Source: an uncultured delta proteobacterium (GTDB lineage: Bacteria; Desulfobacterota; Binatia; UBA9968). Taken from it: 64,000 nucleotides of DNA. The stretch is taken from NCBI GenBank assembly GCA_963816145.1, contig CAWFJP010000030.1, forward strand, positions 384,001 through 448,000. The letters run 5' to 3'. The notes below the pieces were generated by a model. It searched no databases. It was not told the origin of the DNA and was given only the letters and a program-made list of their open reading frames with translations. Position numbers and translations under genes: made by a program. Shown one piece after another: positions 1-10,156 of this stretch (the stretch's first letter is position 1; each line of letters begins with the position of its first letter).

Positions 1-889
1 TCTCCAAGCCGACGATCTGTCGCGCCGGGCTTTGCGGATTACACTGTCGTAACGCCACAGCTCCGACGAAATGATCCTTGCGCAAATCCACCGTCCAGCC
101 CAGACCGATCTCGAATGGCGAATAGCGCTGGGAATCGATCACCGCTTTTTCGGCGCCGATATAGTCGACTTCGAGAAGAATAAATCCCGCCTCCAGCCGT
201 GCAACATCAAGCGCCAGTATGCCGGTGGGTTTGATGCCGAAATCGCTGCCCTGCTCGATCAAGTGATCCCAAATCTTGAGCGCATGCTCGGCGCCGAACC
301 ACAGCTCGTAACCCAGATCGCCGGTGTAACCGGTGCGCGAAATGACCACGGGAACGCCGAGAATCTTGCTGGAGGTAAGACGAAAAAACTTGAGCTGACT
401 CAGGTCCACGTCGACAACGCGCTGGAGAACTTTCAGAGCATGGGGGCCTTGCAGCGCCAGGGCGGCAACTTGCTCCGAAACTTCTTGAATCGAAACTTCC
501 ATGCCGCGCGCATTGAGGCTCAACCAGCGCAAGCTTGGATCGGCAAGGTGGAAACGAAAATAGTCCTCGCCGAGGCGAAACACCGTGCCGTCTTGGATCA
601 CCGCGCCATCGTCTTCGCAGAGACAACTATACAGCGCCTGGCCGACGGCGCATTTCGCCGCATCGCGGGTGATCACGCGGTTGACGAGTCTGAGCGCGTC
701 CCGGCCGCGAACGTCGTACTTGTACAGCGGCGAGACATCGATCAGCGCCGCCGTGTTGCGGATCGCGTGATACTCGTAGTCGTGCATCACGTCGTAAGAA
801 CTGGCAACGAAGTAGCCGGACCAGGTGCGCCAGTTGTGGCTCGCGCATAACGCCGCGGTGCGCGGGTGAAAGGGAGTTCCGATGGGCAT
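1..889 (-). CDS. GcvT/aminomethyltransferase-family (THF-binding) protein, 3' end outside window
   Basis: Manual minus-strand translation from ATG at 889: MPIGTPFHPRT...AIRNTAALIDVSPLYKY...ALQGP...SRTGYTGDLGYELW...ALDVARLEAG. Absent from the ORF track because it has no stop in the window. Confidence 0.9.
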   Translation of the reverse strand, partial: MPIGTPFHPRTAALCASHNWRTWSGYFVASSYDVMHDYEYHAIRNTAALIDVSPLYKYDVRGRDALRLVNRVITRDAAKCAVGQALYSCLCEDDGAVIQDGTVFRLGEDYFRFHLADPSLRWLSLNARGMEVSIQEVSEQVAALALQGPHALKVLQRVVDVDLSQLKFFRLTSSKILGVPVVISRTGYTGDLGYELWFGAEHALKIWDHLIEQGSDFGIKPTGILALDVARLEAGFILLEVDYIGAEKAVIDSQRYSPFEIGLGWTVDLRKDHFVGAVALRQCNPQSPARQIVGLE

Positions 890-894
890 CTTCT

Positions 895-937
895 ATTTTG
901 GATTTTCGTCTGCGGGGCTTCTTTTGGATTTTAGATT
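895..937. repeat. TTTTGGA-type heptamer tract directly upstream of the gcvT-like start
   Basis: attttggattttcg...ttttggattttagatt; same unit as at 11729-11847 and 27838-27910. Confidence 0.6.
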
Positions 938-1006
938 CAAATGCAGCGGCTCGCGTTGACTTATAGGGCGAAATTACCAAATATGCCTTATTAAGCAAAC
1001 CGCATC

Positions 1007-2587
1007 ATGGTTTCATACGACGCAATCATCATCGGCGGCGGTCACAACGGCCTAACCAGCGCTGCATACCTTGCCCAAGCCGGCAAAAAAGTCCTCGTCT
1101 TAGAGCGGCGCCATGTGCTCGGCGGCGCGGCGGTGACCGAGGAGATCTATCCCGGTTTTAAATATTCAGTATGCTCCTATGTCGTGAGCCTGCTCAGGCC
1201 GGAAGTGATCCGTGATCTTGAGCTGCCGAAGTACGATCTCGAAATAATCCCGCTCGACAGCACCTTTACGCCGATGCCCAACGGCGACCATCTGTTCCGC
1301 TGCGGCGATCACGCCCAGACGCGCCGGGAGATCGCGCGCCATTCGGTGACCGATGCCGAGGCCTACGAGCAGTATGGCCAGCTGATGGCGCAGATGGCTT
1401 TGGCGGTCAAGCCCATACTCGGCATGATCCCGCCTGAGCCGACGACGTGGAATCCGAAGGATCTATTCGGTTTGGCGAAGGTGGCCAGTCATTTTCGCGA
1501 TCTCGGCGACAAACTAGTCTACGAGCTTACCAAACTCATGACCATGAGTTCGGCGGATTTTCTCGACGAGTGGTTCGAGACCGACGTGCTCAAAGCGACC
1601 ATGTCGGCCAGCGGCATCATCGGCACCTTTATGGGGCCGCGCTCGCCGGGAACGGCTTACGTGCTGCTGCATCACTACATGGGCGAGCTTGACGGCGCCT
1701 TCCGCTCATGGGGATTTGCCCGCGGCGGCACCGGCGCTATTAGCAACGCCATCGCCGACGCGGCGCGCCATTTTGGCGCCGAGATCAGAACCCAAGTCAC
1801 GGTCGACCAAGTAACGGTCAAGAATGGCCGTGCCACTGGCGTCGTTCTAACAAACGGCGAAGAGATCCAGTCCAAAATTGTCGTCTCCAGCGTCGATCCC
1901 AAACGGACTTTTTTAAAAATGATCGACAGCCAGCATTTGGGCGCGCCGTTCTTGAAGCAAGTGAGCGATTTCAAAATCCGTGGCTCGTCGGCGAAGGTCA
2001 ATCTTTCCCTCGATACCCTGCCGAACTTCACCAGCATGCCCGGCAACGGCCCCCATCTCAACGGCGCGATCTCGATCAGCCCTAGCTTGGACTACATCGA
2101 GCACGCCTACGACGATGCCAAGTATGGTGATTTTTCGCGCCGCCCCTACATGGACATCATCCTGCCGTCGATGCTCGACCCGTCCATGGCGCCGCCGGGG
2201 AAACATGTCATGTCGATCTTCGTCCAGTACGCGCCCTATCATCTGGCGAGCGGCACCTGGCCGGAGAAACGCGAAGCTTTAGGCGATGCGGTCATCGACA
2301 CCCTGAGCGAGTACGCGCCCAACATGAAGAATATTATTCTGCATCGTCAAGTCGTCACTCCTTGGGATTTGGAACAGGAGTTCGGCCTTACGGAGGGCAA
2401 TATTTTTCAAGGCGAACTGACGCTGGATCAGCTTTTCTTTCTAAGACCGGTGCCCGGCTGGGCGAAATACCGCACGCCGGTCAAAAATCTTTACATGTGC
2501 GGCGCCTGCACCCATCCAGGCGGCGGCGTCATGGCAGCGTCAGGGAGACTGGCGGCGTTGGAGATCTTGAAAAGCTCGCGACTGTAG
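1007..2587 (+). CDS. Phytoene desaturase-like (PYROXD2-like) FAD-dependent oxidoreductase
   Basis: N-terminal IIIGGGHNGL Rossmann motif; C-terminal LYMCGACTHPGGGV. Confidence 0.88.
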   Translation: MVSYDAIIIGGGHNGLTSAAYLAQAGKKVLVLERRHVLGGAAVTEEIYPGFKYSVCSYVVSLLRPEVIRDLELPKYDLEIIPLDSTFTPMPNGDHLFRCGDHAQTRREIARHSVTDAEAYEQYGQLMAQMALAVKPILGMIPPEPTTWNPKDLFGLAKVASHFRDLGDKLVYELTKLMTMSSADFLDEWFETDVLKATMSASGIIGTFMGPRSPGTAYVLLHHYMGELDGAFRSWGFARGGTGAISNAIADAARHFGAEIRTQVTVDQVTVKNGRATGVVLTNGEEIQSKIVVSSVDPKRTFLKMIDSQHLGAPFLKQVSDFKIRGSSAKVNLSLDTLPNFTSMPGNGPHLNGAISISPSLDYIEHAYDDAKYGDFSRRPYMDIILPSMLDPSMAPPGKHVMSIFVQYAPYHLASGTWPEKREALGDAVIDTLSEYAPNMKNIILHRQVVTPWDLEQEFGLTEGNIFQGELTLDQLFFLRPVPGWAKYRTPVKNLYMCGACTHPGGGVMAASGRLAALEILKSSRL

Positions 2588-2622
2588 CATTAACCGAACC
2601 GGTTTTACTCAGCGGCAAAGCG

Positions 2623-3036
2623 ATGGCCGAAACTCCGATCACGGTTTTTTACGACGGCCATTGCGGACTCTGTCACGGCTTGGTGCGCTTTCTGATAGCT
2701 AGAGATCATACCGGTGACAAGTTCGCCTTTGCGCCGCTCCAGGGCGAGTATTGCGCCGCGGTAATTCCTCAAGCGGAACGCCAACGCTTGCCTGATAGTG
2801 TGGTGGTTCGAAGCGATGATGGACAACTGCTGGTGAAGACAGCAGCCGTACTATACGTTATCAAACGAATCGGCGGAGCCTGGCACGCTATTGGAATGGC
2901 CTTGAGCCTTTTGCCGACTTCAATACTCGACTTCGGCTATGACAGCGTCGCGCGAATGCGCCGCCGGCTTTTTAGCACGCCTGCAAACACTTGTCCGTTG
3001 GTTCCGGCAAATGTGCAGGGCCGTTTTCGACCCTAG
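2623..3036 (+). CDS. DCC1-like thiol-disulfide oxidoreductase (DUF393)
   Basis: FYDGHCGLCH (DxxCxxC), FAPLQG and YDSVARMR motifs; start moved to ATG 2623. Confidence 0.85.
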   Translation: MAETPITVFYDGHCGLCHGLVRFLIARDHTGDKFAFAPLQGEYCAAVIPQAERQRLPDSVVVRSDDGQLLVKTAAVLYVIKRIGGAWHAIGMALSLLPTSILDFGYDSVARMRRRLFSTPANTCPLVPANVQGRFRP

Positions 3037-3101
3037 CCCGGCTGCCTCGATCGGATTTTGAATCTTCGACCTGGTGAAAGAACGGTTTGAATGACAAAAT
3101 C

Positions 3102-4691
3102 ATGAGCAACTACGACGCCATCGTCATCGGCGCCGGTCACAATGGCCTGGTCACCGCCGCCTATCTCGCCAAAGCCGGCAAAAAAGTATTGATTCTCGAA
3201 CGGCGCGCCGTCGTTGGCGGCATCGCCGTTACTGAAGAAATCTTTCCGGGATTCAAATTCTCCACATGCGCGCACCTCGCCGCCAGCTTTGCCGGTGAAA
3301 TCAGCGCCGATCTTGATCTTAAGAAGCACGGCCTGGAATTCTTGCCGCTCGATCCGCTGCTGTTTGCGCCGAACTTGAACGGCGCGCCGCTGGTGATTCC
3401 GCGCGATCCAGTTGAAGCCGCCAAAGCGATTGGCCACCACTCAAAAAACGACGCGAGCAAGTACCCAGCGTTCTGCGCCAGACTTAAAACTATCGCCGGC
3501 TTCCTGCGCACCATTTACGGCCTGACTTTGCCTGACAAAGCGAACCCTGGTGAATTCAACCCGATGGAGCTGATAAAGGTTGGTCTAAAATTTCATGGTC
3601 TCGGCGACAAAGAAGGGTACGAGTTCCTGCGTACCTTGCCCATAAGCATAGCCGATCTGCTGCACGAATGGTTTGAAAACGATCTACTTAACGCCAGCCT
3701 GGCGGCAAGCTCCATGCTTGGCTCCTTTGTCGGGCCACACCAGCAAGGCACGGCGTTTAACTTGCTGCATCACCAGATCGGCGAGTCCAACGGCGTCCTG
3801 CGCACCGCCGGCTACGTGCGCGGCGGCATCGGCAATCTCACTGCCGCCCTCGCCCGCACCGCCCAGCAACATGGCGCCGAGATCCGCACTGGCGCCGAAG
3901 TAGTGAAAGTGCTCACCAAGCAGAGCGCCGCCACCGCCGTGGCACTAACCACTGGCGAAGAAATCACTGCGACATGCGTAATCTCCAGCGCCGATGTAAA
4001 GCGAACTTTTCTCCAGCTCGTTGAGCCCACCTACCTCGACCCGCATTTTCTCCTGCAAGTGCAAAACATCCGCAGCCGCGGCACGGTGGCGAAGATCAAC
4101 TTGGCATTGGACGGCTTGCCAAAATTCAACCAGCAGGAATCCCAGGCTCCGCTCGGTGGCATCACCCACATCGGCCCGACGTTGGATTATCTGGAACGCG
4201 CCGCCGATGACGCCAAGTATGGCCGTTACTCCAAGCAGCCGTTCTTGGAAATCACCCTGCCGTCGCTCACCGATCCGTCGCTGGCGCCCGCTGGCAAGCA
4301 TGTCATGTCGGTATGGATGCAGTCGGCGCCTTATAACCTGCGCGACGCGAATTGGCATGACCAGCGCGAGGCCTTAGGCGACACCGTCGTCAAGCTTATC
4401 GACGAGTACGCGCCCGGATTTAAAAATTCGATCTTACATCGACAGGTTTTAACGCCCTTAGATTTGGAGCAGACCTACGGCCTCACCGGCGGCCACCCCT
4501 ATCACGCCGAGATGGCATTAGACCAAATCTTCTTCATGCGACCGGTCCCCGGCTGGGCCCGCTATCGCACGCCCATCGACCATCTTTACCTCTGCGGCTC
4601 CGGCACTCATCCCGGCGGCGGCATTACCGGCCTGCCGGGATACTATGCCGCCAAAGAAGTGTTGAAAGATTTGAAACAGAAGAAATCCTAA
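3102..4691 (+). CDS. Second phytoene desaturase-like FAD-dependent oxidoreductase
   Basis: VIGAGHNGL and LYLCGSGTHPGGG; clear paralogue of 1007-2587. Confidence 0.88.
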   Translation: MSNYDAIVIGAGHNGLVTAAYLAKAGKKVLILERRAVVGGIAVTEEIFPGFKFSTCAHLAASFAGEISADLDLKKHGLEFLPLDPLLFAPNLNGAPLVIPRDPVEAAKAIGHHSKNDASKYPAFCARLKTIAGFLRTIYGLTLPDKANPGEFNPMELIKVGLKFHGLGDKEGYEFLRTLPISIADLLHEWFENDLLNASLAASSMLGSFVGPHQQGTAFNLLHHQIGESNGVLRTAGYVRGGIGNLTAALARTAQQHGAEIRTGAEVVKVLTKQSAATAVALTTGEEITATCVISSADVKRTFLQLVEPTYLDPHFLLQVQNIRSRGTVAKINLALDGLPKFNQQESQAPLGGITHIGPTLDYLERAADDAKYGRYSKQPFLEITLPSLTDPSLAPAGKHVMSVWMQSAPYNLRDANWHDQREALGDTVVKLIDEYAPGFKNSILHRQVLTPLDLEQTYGLTGGHPYHAEMALDQIFFMRPVPGWARYRTPIDHLYLCGSGTHPGGGITGLPGYYAAKEVLKDLKQKKS

Positions 4692-4769
4692 ACCGGTCTC
4701 GTAGGAAATTCCCTGCGTCCGTGATAGACGAAAGACTACTTGTTCGGTTCATTTGTAAGGGCTCATTCG

Positions 4770-5753
4770 ATGAAACTTTATCTCGGTCTATTGGAAAGTT
4801 CGCTGCCGGATCAAAGCAGAATCTTTGGCGAACTCGACGCCCAACTCGTCGACTTGCAGATTGCCTGCGCCGCGTATTTGACTCAGGCCGAAGGCAATCA
4901 GGCTAACGCTTACGAACTCGCCAGCTATTATTTTCCCAATACCATCGCCGGTTTTCTCGAATGGGGCGAACCGGCGCAGAAACTGCTCGATCAAGTCATA
5001 TCCTTCGTCAGCAAATCCGGTGTACGCGAGTTGCGCGGCCCCCGTGGCGAAAAGCTCGCTTACGCTAGCACCGACGTAAGGGTCCTGCCGCCGTTACAGA
5101 ATCCCGAGAAAAGCCTGGTCATCGGCTTCTCCGACCGCGCACGCACCGAAGTACTTCCACCAGCGGAAATCCCCACCGGCTATTACAAACTGCCGCAGAC
5201 TTTTGTCACCACCGGTGCGCCGGTCATTTGGCCGAAGTTTTCCGAAGAGCTCGACGCCGATGGTTGCATCGCCATTGTCATGGGCAAGGCGGGCAAACGC
5301 ATCCCACCGGAAAGAGCCTGGGAACATGTCGCCGGCGCGATGTTGATCGTCGATATCACCGCCCGCGATATCAACAAGCGCGAAGGACTCACGACCAACA
5401 ACCTGCTCGGCAAGAACTTCCCGTCGAGCACTTGCGTCGCCCCGGCCATGTTGGTCGGCAAGGACAAGCAAGACCTAATGGCTTTGGAAGTGGAGCTCTC
5501 GCTCGACGGCAGCGTCAAACAGAAATTCGCGTTGCGCGATTGCGTGTTCACTGTCGAGCAGATCATCGCCCGCTGGTCGATCCTCGGGATAAAGCCGGGC
5601 GATTGGCTCGCCATCGGCGCAAGCATGGCGCTGCAAGGCGACCGCTTGCAGAATCCCGTGCCGCTGAAAATCGGTTCAACGATCCGCTGCGTGTCGCCAG
5701 CTATCGGCGAGCTATCGCACCAGGTTGTTGCCGCGGGAGGCATATGCCGATGA
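4770..5753 (+). CDS. Fumarylacetoacetate-hydrolase family protein, degenerate active site
   Basis: DITARD and GKNFP retained; LDYEVEL motif replaced by LDADGCI and TGTP by IGAS. Confidence 0.75.
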   Translation: MKLYLGLLESSLPDQSRIFGELDAQLVDLQIACAAYLTQAEGNQANAYELASYYFPNTIAGFLEWGEPAQKLLDQVISFVSKSGVRELRGPRGEKLAYASTDVRVLPPLQNPEKSLVIGFSDRARTEVLPPAEIPTGYYKLPQTFVTTGAPVIWPKFSEELDADGCIAIVMGKAGKRIPPERAWEHVAGAMLIVDITARDINKREGLTTNNLLGKNFPSSTCVAPAMLVGKDKQDLMALEVELSLDGSVKQKFALRDCVFTVEQIIARWSILGIKPGDWLAIGASMALQGDRLQNPVPLKIGSTIRCVSPAIGELSHQVVAAGGICR

Positions 5754-6697
5754 AGCTGGTTACTTTTTTCTACGACGAGCAAGAAAGAATCGGCGCTATT
5801 GATCACTCCGGCAATGTCGTCGACCTAATTAATGCTTACGGGTCCTATCTGAGCAAGGTTGAGAAAGCCGCCGCCGCAGTGCGCTTGGCCGCCGCCACCC
5901 TCGGCAGGGACATGGTCGAATTCTTGAAGCATGGCGACAAAGCAATGGACGCCGCCCGCATAGCCATCAAGCACGCAGCCACCGACAGCGCCGGTGACAA
6001 TGTCGTTGAGCGCCAGCGCGTGCGCCTAATGGCGCCGGTGCCCCGTCCCGGCGCGCTCATCTCCGCCGGCAAAAACTTTTCCGATCATGTCGCCGAAATG
6101 TCGTCGAAAAAAGGTCCGGTGGCGCCGGTGGCGTTTCTAAAACTGCCGGGCTCGGTTATCGGCCCCGAGGACGACATACCGCATCCGCCGGAAGTGAAGA
6201 ATCTAGACTACGAGGTCGAACTCGCAGTGATTATCGGCAAGCCCTGCGTCGATGTCGGTGAGAACGAGGCTTTGAACTATGTCGCCGGCTACGCTTCATT
6301 TAACGACATCAGCGCACGTGACATTATCCGCGGTGAAAACAAGAGCGGCATCCATCTCATGGGCAAAAGCTTTCCCGGCTTCGCGCCCATGGGACCCTAT
6401 TTGGTCACCGCCGACGAAATCCCCGATCCGCAAAATTTAAAACTCTGGCTGCGCGTCAACGGCGAGACGCGCCAAGACTCGAACCTGGGCTACATGATTT
6501 TCAAAATCCGCGACATGATCGCCTACTGGTCGCAAATGGGTATCAACCCCGGCGACGTGCTTACCACGGGCACCCCGCGCGGGGTTGCCGCCGGCAGAAA
6601 ATCGGATCAAGTGCCTTGGTGGCTCAAACCCGGCGACCTTGTTGAGGCCGAAGTCGAAGGACTCGGTTGTTTGCGTAACCGCATCGTCGCGGAATAG
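5750..6697 (+). CDS. Fumarylacetoacetate-hydrolase family protein
   Basis: GKNFSDH, LDYEVELAVIIG, NDISARD, GKSF, PGDVLTTGTP; ATGA overlap with upstream gene. Confidence 0.9.
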   Translation: MKLVTFFYDEQERIGAIDHSGNVVDLINAYGSYLSKVEKAAAAVRLAAATLGRDMVEFLKHGDKAMDAARIAIKHAATDSAGDNVVERQRVRLMAPVPRPGALISAGKNFSDHVAEMSSKKGPVAPVAFLKLPGSVIGPEDDIPHPPEVKNLDYEVELAVIIGKPCVDVGENEALNYVAGYASFNDISARDIIRGENKSGIHLMGKSFPGFAPMGPYLVTADEIPDPQNLKLWLRVNGETRQDSNLGYMIFKIRDMIAYWSQMGINPGDVLTTGTPRGVAAGRKSDQVPWWLKPGDLVEAEVEGLGCLRNRIVAE

Positions 6698-6947
6698 GGG
6701 GACTTTGCAGCGACTACGTATGAAGCATCGAGGTATATTTCGATTCGTCGAATCCGTCTTATCGGTCCTATCCGTTCCATTCCTCCTACTCGATAGCACG
6801 GCCTTGGCCACCCCGAACCGCCGAAACCAAGCGAGGCGCCGATCAAAGCCCAAGTCGGCAACTGCTCGTTCACCGGCACCATCATTCAATGATCGACAGC
6901 GCGGAGAAAGTGAGCGTCGGCAACAAATAGCTTAGGAGCCAATCGTT

Positions 6948-7811
6948 ATGACGGATTCCGTCCTCAAACCCACCGGACTAGTGCACGGCCATACCGAAGT
7001 CCGATTTCTCAACGACACGATCCCCGTGCTCACCAGAGTCCTGGGGCTCGATCTGCTCGAACGGCACGATCGTGAAGCGGTTTTGAAACATCCCAACACC
7101 GGCTGGAAGCTGATCGTCCACGAAGGCGGTGCCGCGGTCAAAAACAAACCCGAGCGTAATCACTACGGCGTGCGCGTGGCGAATAACGAACAAGTCGATC
7201 ACGCTTATCGATATTTGCTCGCCAACAAAGAAACCCTCGGCCTCACCAAAGTCGTCAAGCGCAAGGAGCGCGCCGGCTCCTACTCGATGTTTTTCGTCGA
7301 ACCCGGCGGCAATTACTGGGAGATCGAGTCCTATGAGAATCGCCACAAGGCGGGCCTCCCCTACGAAGTCGCCTATCCGTGGAAGACGGTTCGCACCGAA
7401 GAACGCCTGCCAGGATGCGGCTACATCCCGCAGGCGCTGACCCATGGCACCATGGAGTGCACCGACTTGCAGGCGTCAAAGAAGTTCTATCAGCGAGGAC
7501 TGGGCCTCGATGTCATCACCCATGTGCCGACCATCGAACCCCATGACGTGAAACATCCAACCACCGCCTGGTACGTCGTCAGCTTGGAAGTGCCGCCGAA
7601 AAACAAACACTATTTAACCCCGTTGCAGCGCTACACCGTCGCCGTCGAGACGCCTGCCGCACTCGCCGAAGCCCATCGAGAATTCACCGCACGCAAGGAC
7701 GAGTTTGGCCTGACCGCAATCGAATCGATTCAAGAGAGCGGCGCCGGACAGTCCTTTCAGATCTGCGACCTCGATCGCAACTGGTGGGAAGTCGCCTACA
7801 TTACAAATTAG
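6948..7811 (+). CDS. Two-domain VOC/glyoxalase family protein
   Basis: Tandem VOC modules (HGHTEV...HYG...EPGGNYWEI; HGTMEC...DLDRNWWEV); AGGAG RBS. Confidence 0.8.
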   Translation: MTDSVLKPTGLVHGHTEVRFLNDTIPVLTRVLGLDLLERHDREAVLKHPNTGWKLIVHEGGAAVKNKPERNHYGVRVANNEQVDHAYRYLLANKETLGLTKVVKRKERAGSYSMFFVEPGGNYWEIESYENRHKAGLPYEVAYPWKTVRTEERLPGCGYIPQALTHGTMECTDLQASKKFYQRGLGLDVITHVPTIEPHDVKHPTTAWYVVSLEVPPKNKHYLTPLQRYTVAVETPAALAEAHREFTARKDEFGLTAIESIQESGAGQSFQICDLDRNWWEVAYITN

Positions 7812-7953
7812 CACGGCGACGGCAATTAACGATGAGGATAGCCAATCTTAGCTCTGGATTTAAACAAAAATGGTGGAGATTGCCTGCCCCACCGTCATTT
7901 AGGCGGAACCCGGAACGACCAAGCGAATCTCATTTTCTTAGGAGAACTGAATC

Positions 7954-8591
7954 ATGAATATCCATCACATCGACAACAAAAAAACCGCCCTGCTGTTCTT
8001 CGACATGCTCAACGTCTACTTCCACGGCGATTCCCGGAAGAAAAGCAAAAAGCCTTGAAACCGGTGGTCGACAATGCCGTGCGCTTGATGAACGCCGCGC
8101 GCCAGGCCGGCATCCTGATCTACTACGCCATGGCCAATCACCGCGCCGACGGCCATAGCCGCTATATGGCGATCACCGACACCGACATGCGTCTGCGCCC
8201 CTGGCCCAACGACGACTGCAATCCGACCGTGCACGGCGCCACCGAAGGGTCCTGGGAGCAAAAAGTTATCGACCCGATCGCGCCCCAGCCGCAGGATTAC
8301 ATCATTCCCAAATACCGCTGGAGCACCTTTCACCAGACCTACTTCGATTTGGCGCTGCGCTCCCGCGGCATCGACACGATCATTATTTCCGGCGGTGCCG
8401 TCGACGTCGGCGTCGCCTCGACCGTCTACTCGGCCCGCGACCATGACTACAACATCGTCGTCGTCCGCGACGCGTGCAGCAATTCCCACGACGACTCCAT
8501 GGCCGCGCTCATGAACACGGTCTTTCCCCGCCTGGCCCGGGTTCGCACCACCGACCAAGTCCTGGAAATGATACAAAACGGCGCCAAGTAG
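7954..8591 (+). CDS. Isochorismatase/cysteine hydrolase family protein (frameshift near 8033)
   Basis: RBS plus ATG at 7954 gives KTALLFFDMLN; a different frame continues KPVVDNA...KYRWSTF...DYNIVVVRDAC; one extra C in gattcccg restores the frame. Confidence 0.8.
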
Positions 8592-8707
8592 TCAGGTTTG
8601 GAGCCCATAAGATTTATCGTCGTCGAACGTCTCAACTAAGCAATGGCTACTAACCAATTTTGCGTTAACGAAAATCGATCGACGCACGTATTCTTTTCAT
8701 CCTCCCC

Positions 8708-9118
8708 TTGGGAAAAGGGGGGAAGCAATCACTACAGCCACTTACTCAACAAATTGGCCGCATCACAAAGGCTTTAGTGCTTCTTGTGATTCTAACAGCG
8801 CCATCGTTCGTCCAGGCCCAGGACCTGTCTGCCCCAGAGAAGCAAAAAATCGAAGCACTGATTAGGCAAGTCGGCGATCTAAAAGAAGCCAAGTTCGTCC
8901 GCAACGGCTCCACCTATGAGCCGGCAACCGCGGTGCGTTTCATGCGCGGCAAGTGGGACGCCAACTTGTCCGACGTCAAATCCGCCCGCGATTTCATCGA
9001 CAAGGTCGCTACTATTTCAGGAACCTCTGGCAAACCGTATCTCATCCGCTTCAAAGACGGCAAAGAAATCCCCAGCCGTGAATTTCTCCTGACCGAGCTG
9101 AAAAAACTCGAATCTTAA
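8708..9118 (+). CDS. DUF5329-like exported protein (start uncertain)
   Basis: Signal-like segment; FVRNGSTY...ARDFIDKVATISGTSGKPY. Confidence 0.7.
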   Translation: MGKGGKQSLQPLTQQIGRITKALVLLVILTAPSFVQAQDLSAPEKQKIEALIRQVGDLKEAKFVRNGSTYEPATAVRFMRGKWDANLSDVKSARDFIDKVATISGTSGKPYLIRFKDGKEIPSREFLLTELKKLES

Positions 9119-9207
9119 ATCGCCAGTACTCGAATAAGCTTCGCTCCCGTTGAACCAAGTCGTCACCGCCATCCGCCGGGGCACTGCTCTTGCTCCGATG
9201 ATTAACG

Positions 9208-9753
9208 GTGCGTTTCAGAAGTTCAATTCTCCCAAACCTGCTCGCAGTTCTCTTCCTGAGCGCCAGCGTTGCCGCGCAACTTGACCCGCATACGGGTATT
9301 CCAGAGACATCGAAAGAGTCCGTCGAATCAAGCTCCAATAAGCGCTTCGTCGTCCGCGTCATCGACGGCGACACAATCGTCGTCAGCCCGAACGAAAAAG
9401 TTCGCTTGATCGGCGTCGATACACCGGAAACCGTCCATCCGAATAAGATGGTCGCCTGCTTCGGCAAGGAAGCCAAACAATTCACCCGCGATGCCGTGGA
9501 AGGGAAAACCATCAGATTGGTCATGGACACAGTCAACGCTAAGCGCCGGCATAAAGACCGCTACGGCCGCACACTCGCCTACGCTTATCTCCCCGACGGC
9601 AAGATGCTGAACGCCGAACTGATCCGCCAAGGCTATGCCCACGCCTATACTCGCTTCTCGTTTCGCTACCTTGTAGAATTTAAGCAATTGGAGCGGCAGG
9701 CCAGAATCCAAACGGTCGGTCTCTGGTCAAGCTGCTCGTTGAACGAACCATAA
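9208..9753 (+). CDS. Thermonuclease (SNase) family, exported
   Basis: VIDGDT, VRLIGVDTPE, DRYGRTLAY, GLW; N-terminal signal peptide. Confidence 0.9.
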   Translation: MRFRSSILPNLLAVLFLSASVAAQLDPHTGIPETSKESVESSSNKRFVVRVIDGDTIVVSPNEKVRLIGVDTPETVHPNKMVACFGKEAKQFTRDAVEGKTIRLVMDTVNAKRRHKDRYGRTLAYAYLPDGKMLNAELIRQGYAHAYTRFSFRYLVEFKQLERQARIQTVGLWSSCSLNEP

Positions 9754-9772
9754 TCTTGGGAGGAATTGTCAG

Positions 9773-10114
9773 ATGCCGATTGTGCTCCGTACCGCTCTGC
9801 TACTCACAGCTTCGAACGTTTTTATGACCTTTGCCTGGTACGGGCATCTCAAAAACTTGAGCAACCGGCCATGGTACATCGCCGCGCTGATCAGCTGGGG
9901 CATCGCCTGCTTTGAATACTTGCTCCAAGTTCCCGCCAACCGTCTCGGCCACACGCAGATGAGCCTTCCCCAGCTCAAGATCATACAGGAAGTCATCACA
10001 CTCTCGGTCTTCGCGCCGTTCGCCGTGTTCTACATGAACGAACCGCTCAAATGGGATTATCTTTGGGCCGGGGTATGTTTGTTGGGCGCGGTATATTTCG
10101 TGTTTCGCTCGTAG
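9773..10114 (+). CDS. DMT-family small membrane protein (DUF486-like)
   Basis: SNVFMTFAWYGHLK, FEYLLQVPANR, QLKIIQEVITL. Confidence 0.85.
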   Translation: MPIVLRTALLLTASNVFMTFAWYGHLKNLSNRPWYIAALISWGIACFEYLLQVPANRLGHTQMSLPQLKIIQEVITLSVFAPFAVFYMNEPLKWDYLWAGVCLLGAVYFVFRS

Positions 10115-10156
10115 AAACGGAACTCAGCCGGGATAATATCTCATTCGAAGCCTGAG

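Noticed and set aside
71-850. 259-aa plus-strand ORF in the track
   Set aside because: Antisense shadow of the GcvT-like gene on the minus strand
1007-4691. Carotenoid biosynthesis (crtI) call
   Set aside because: No phytoene synthase or other crt genes in the window; context points to another function
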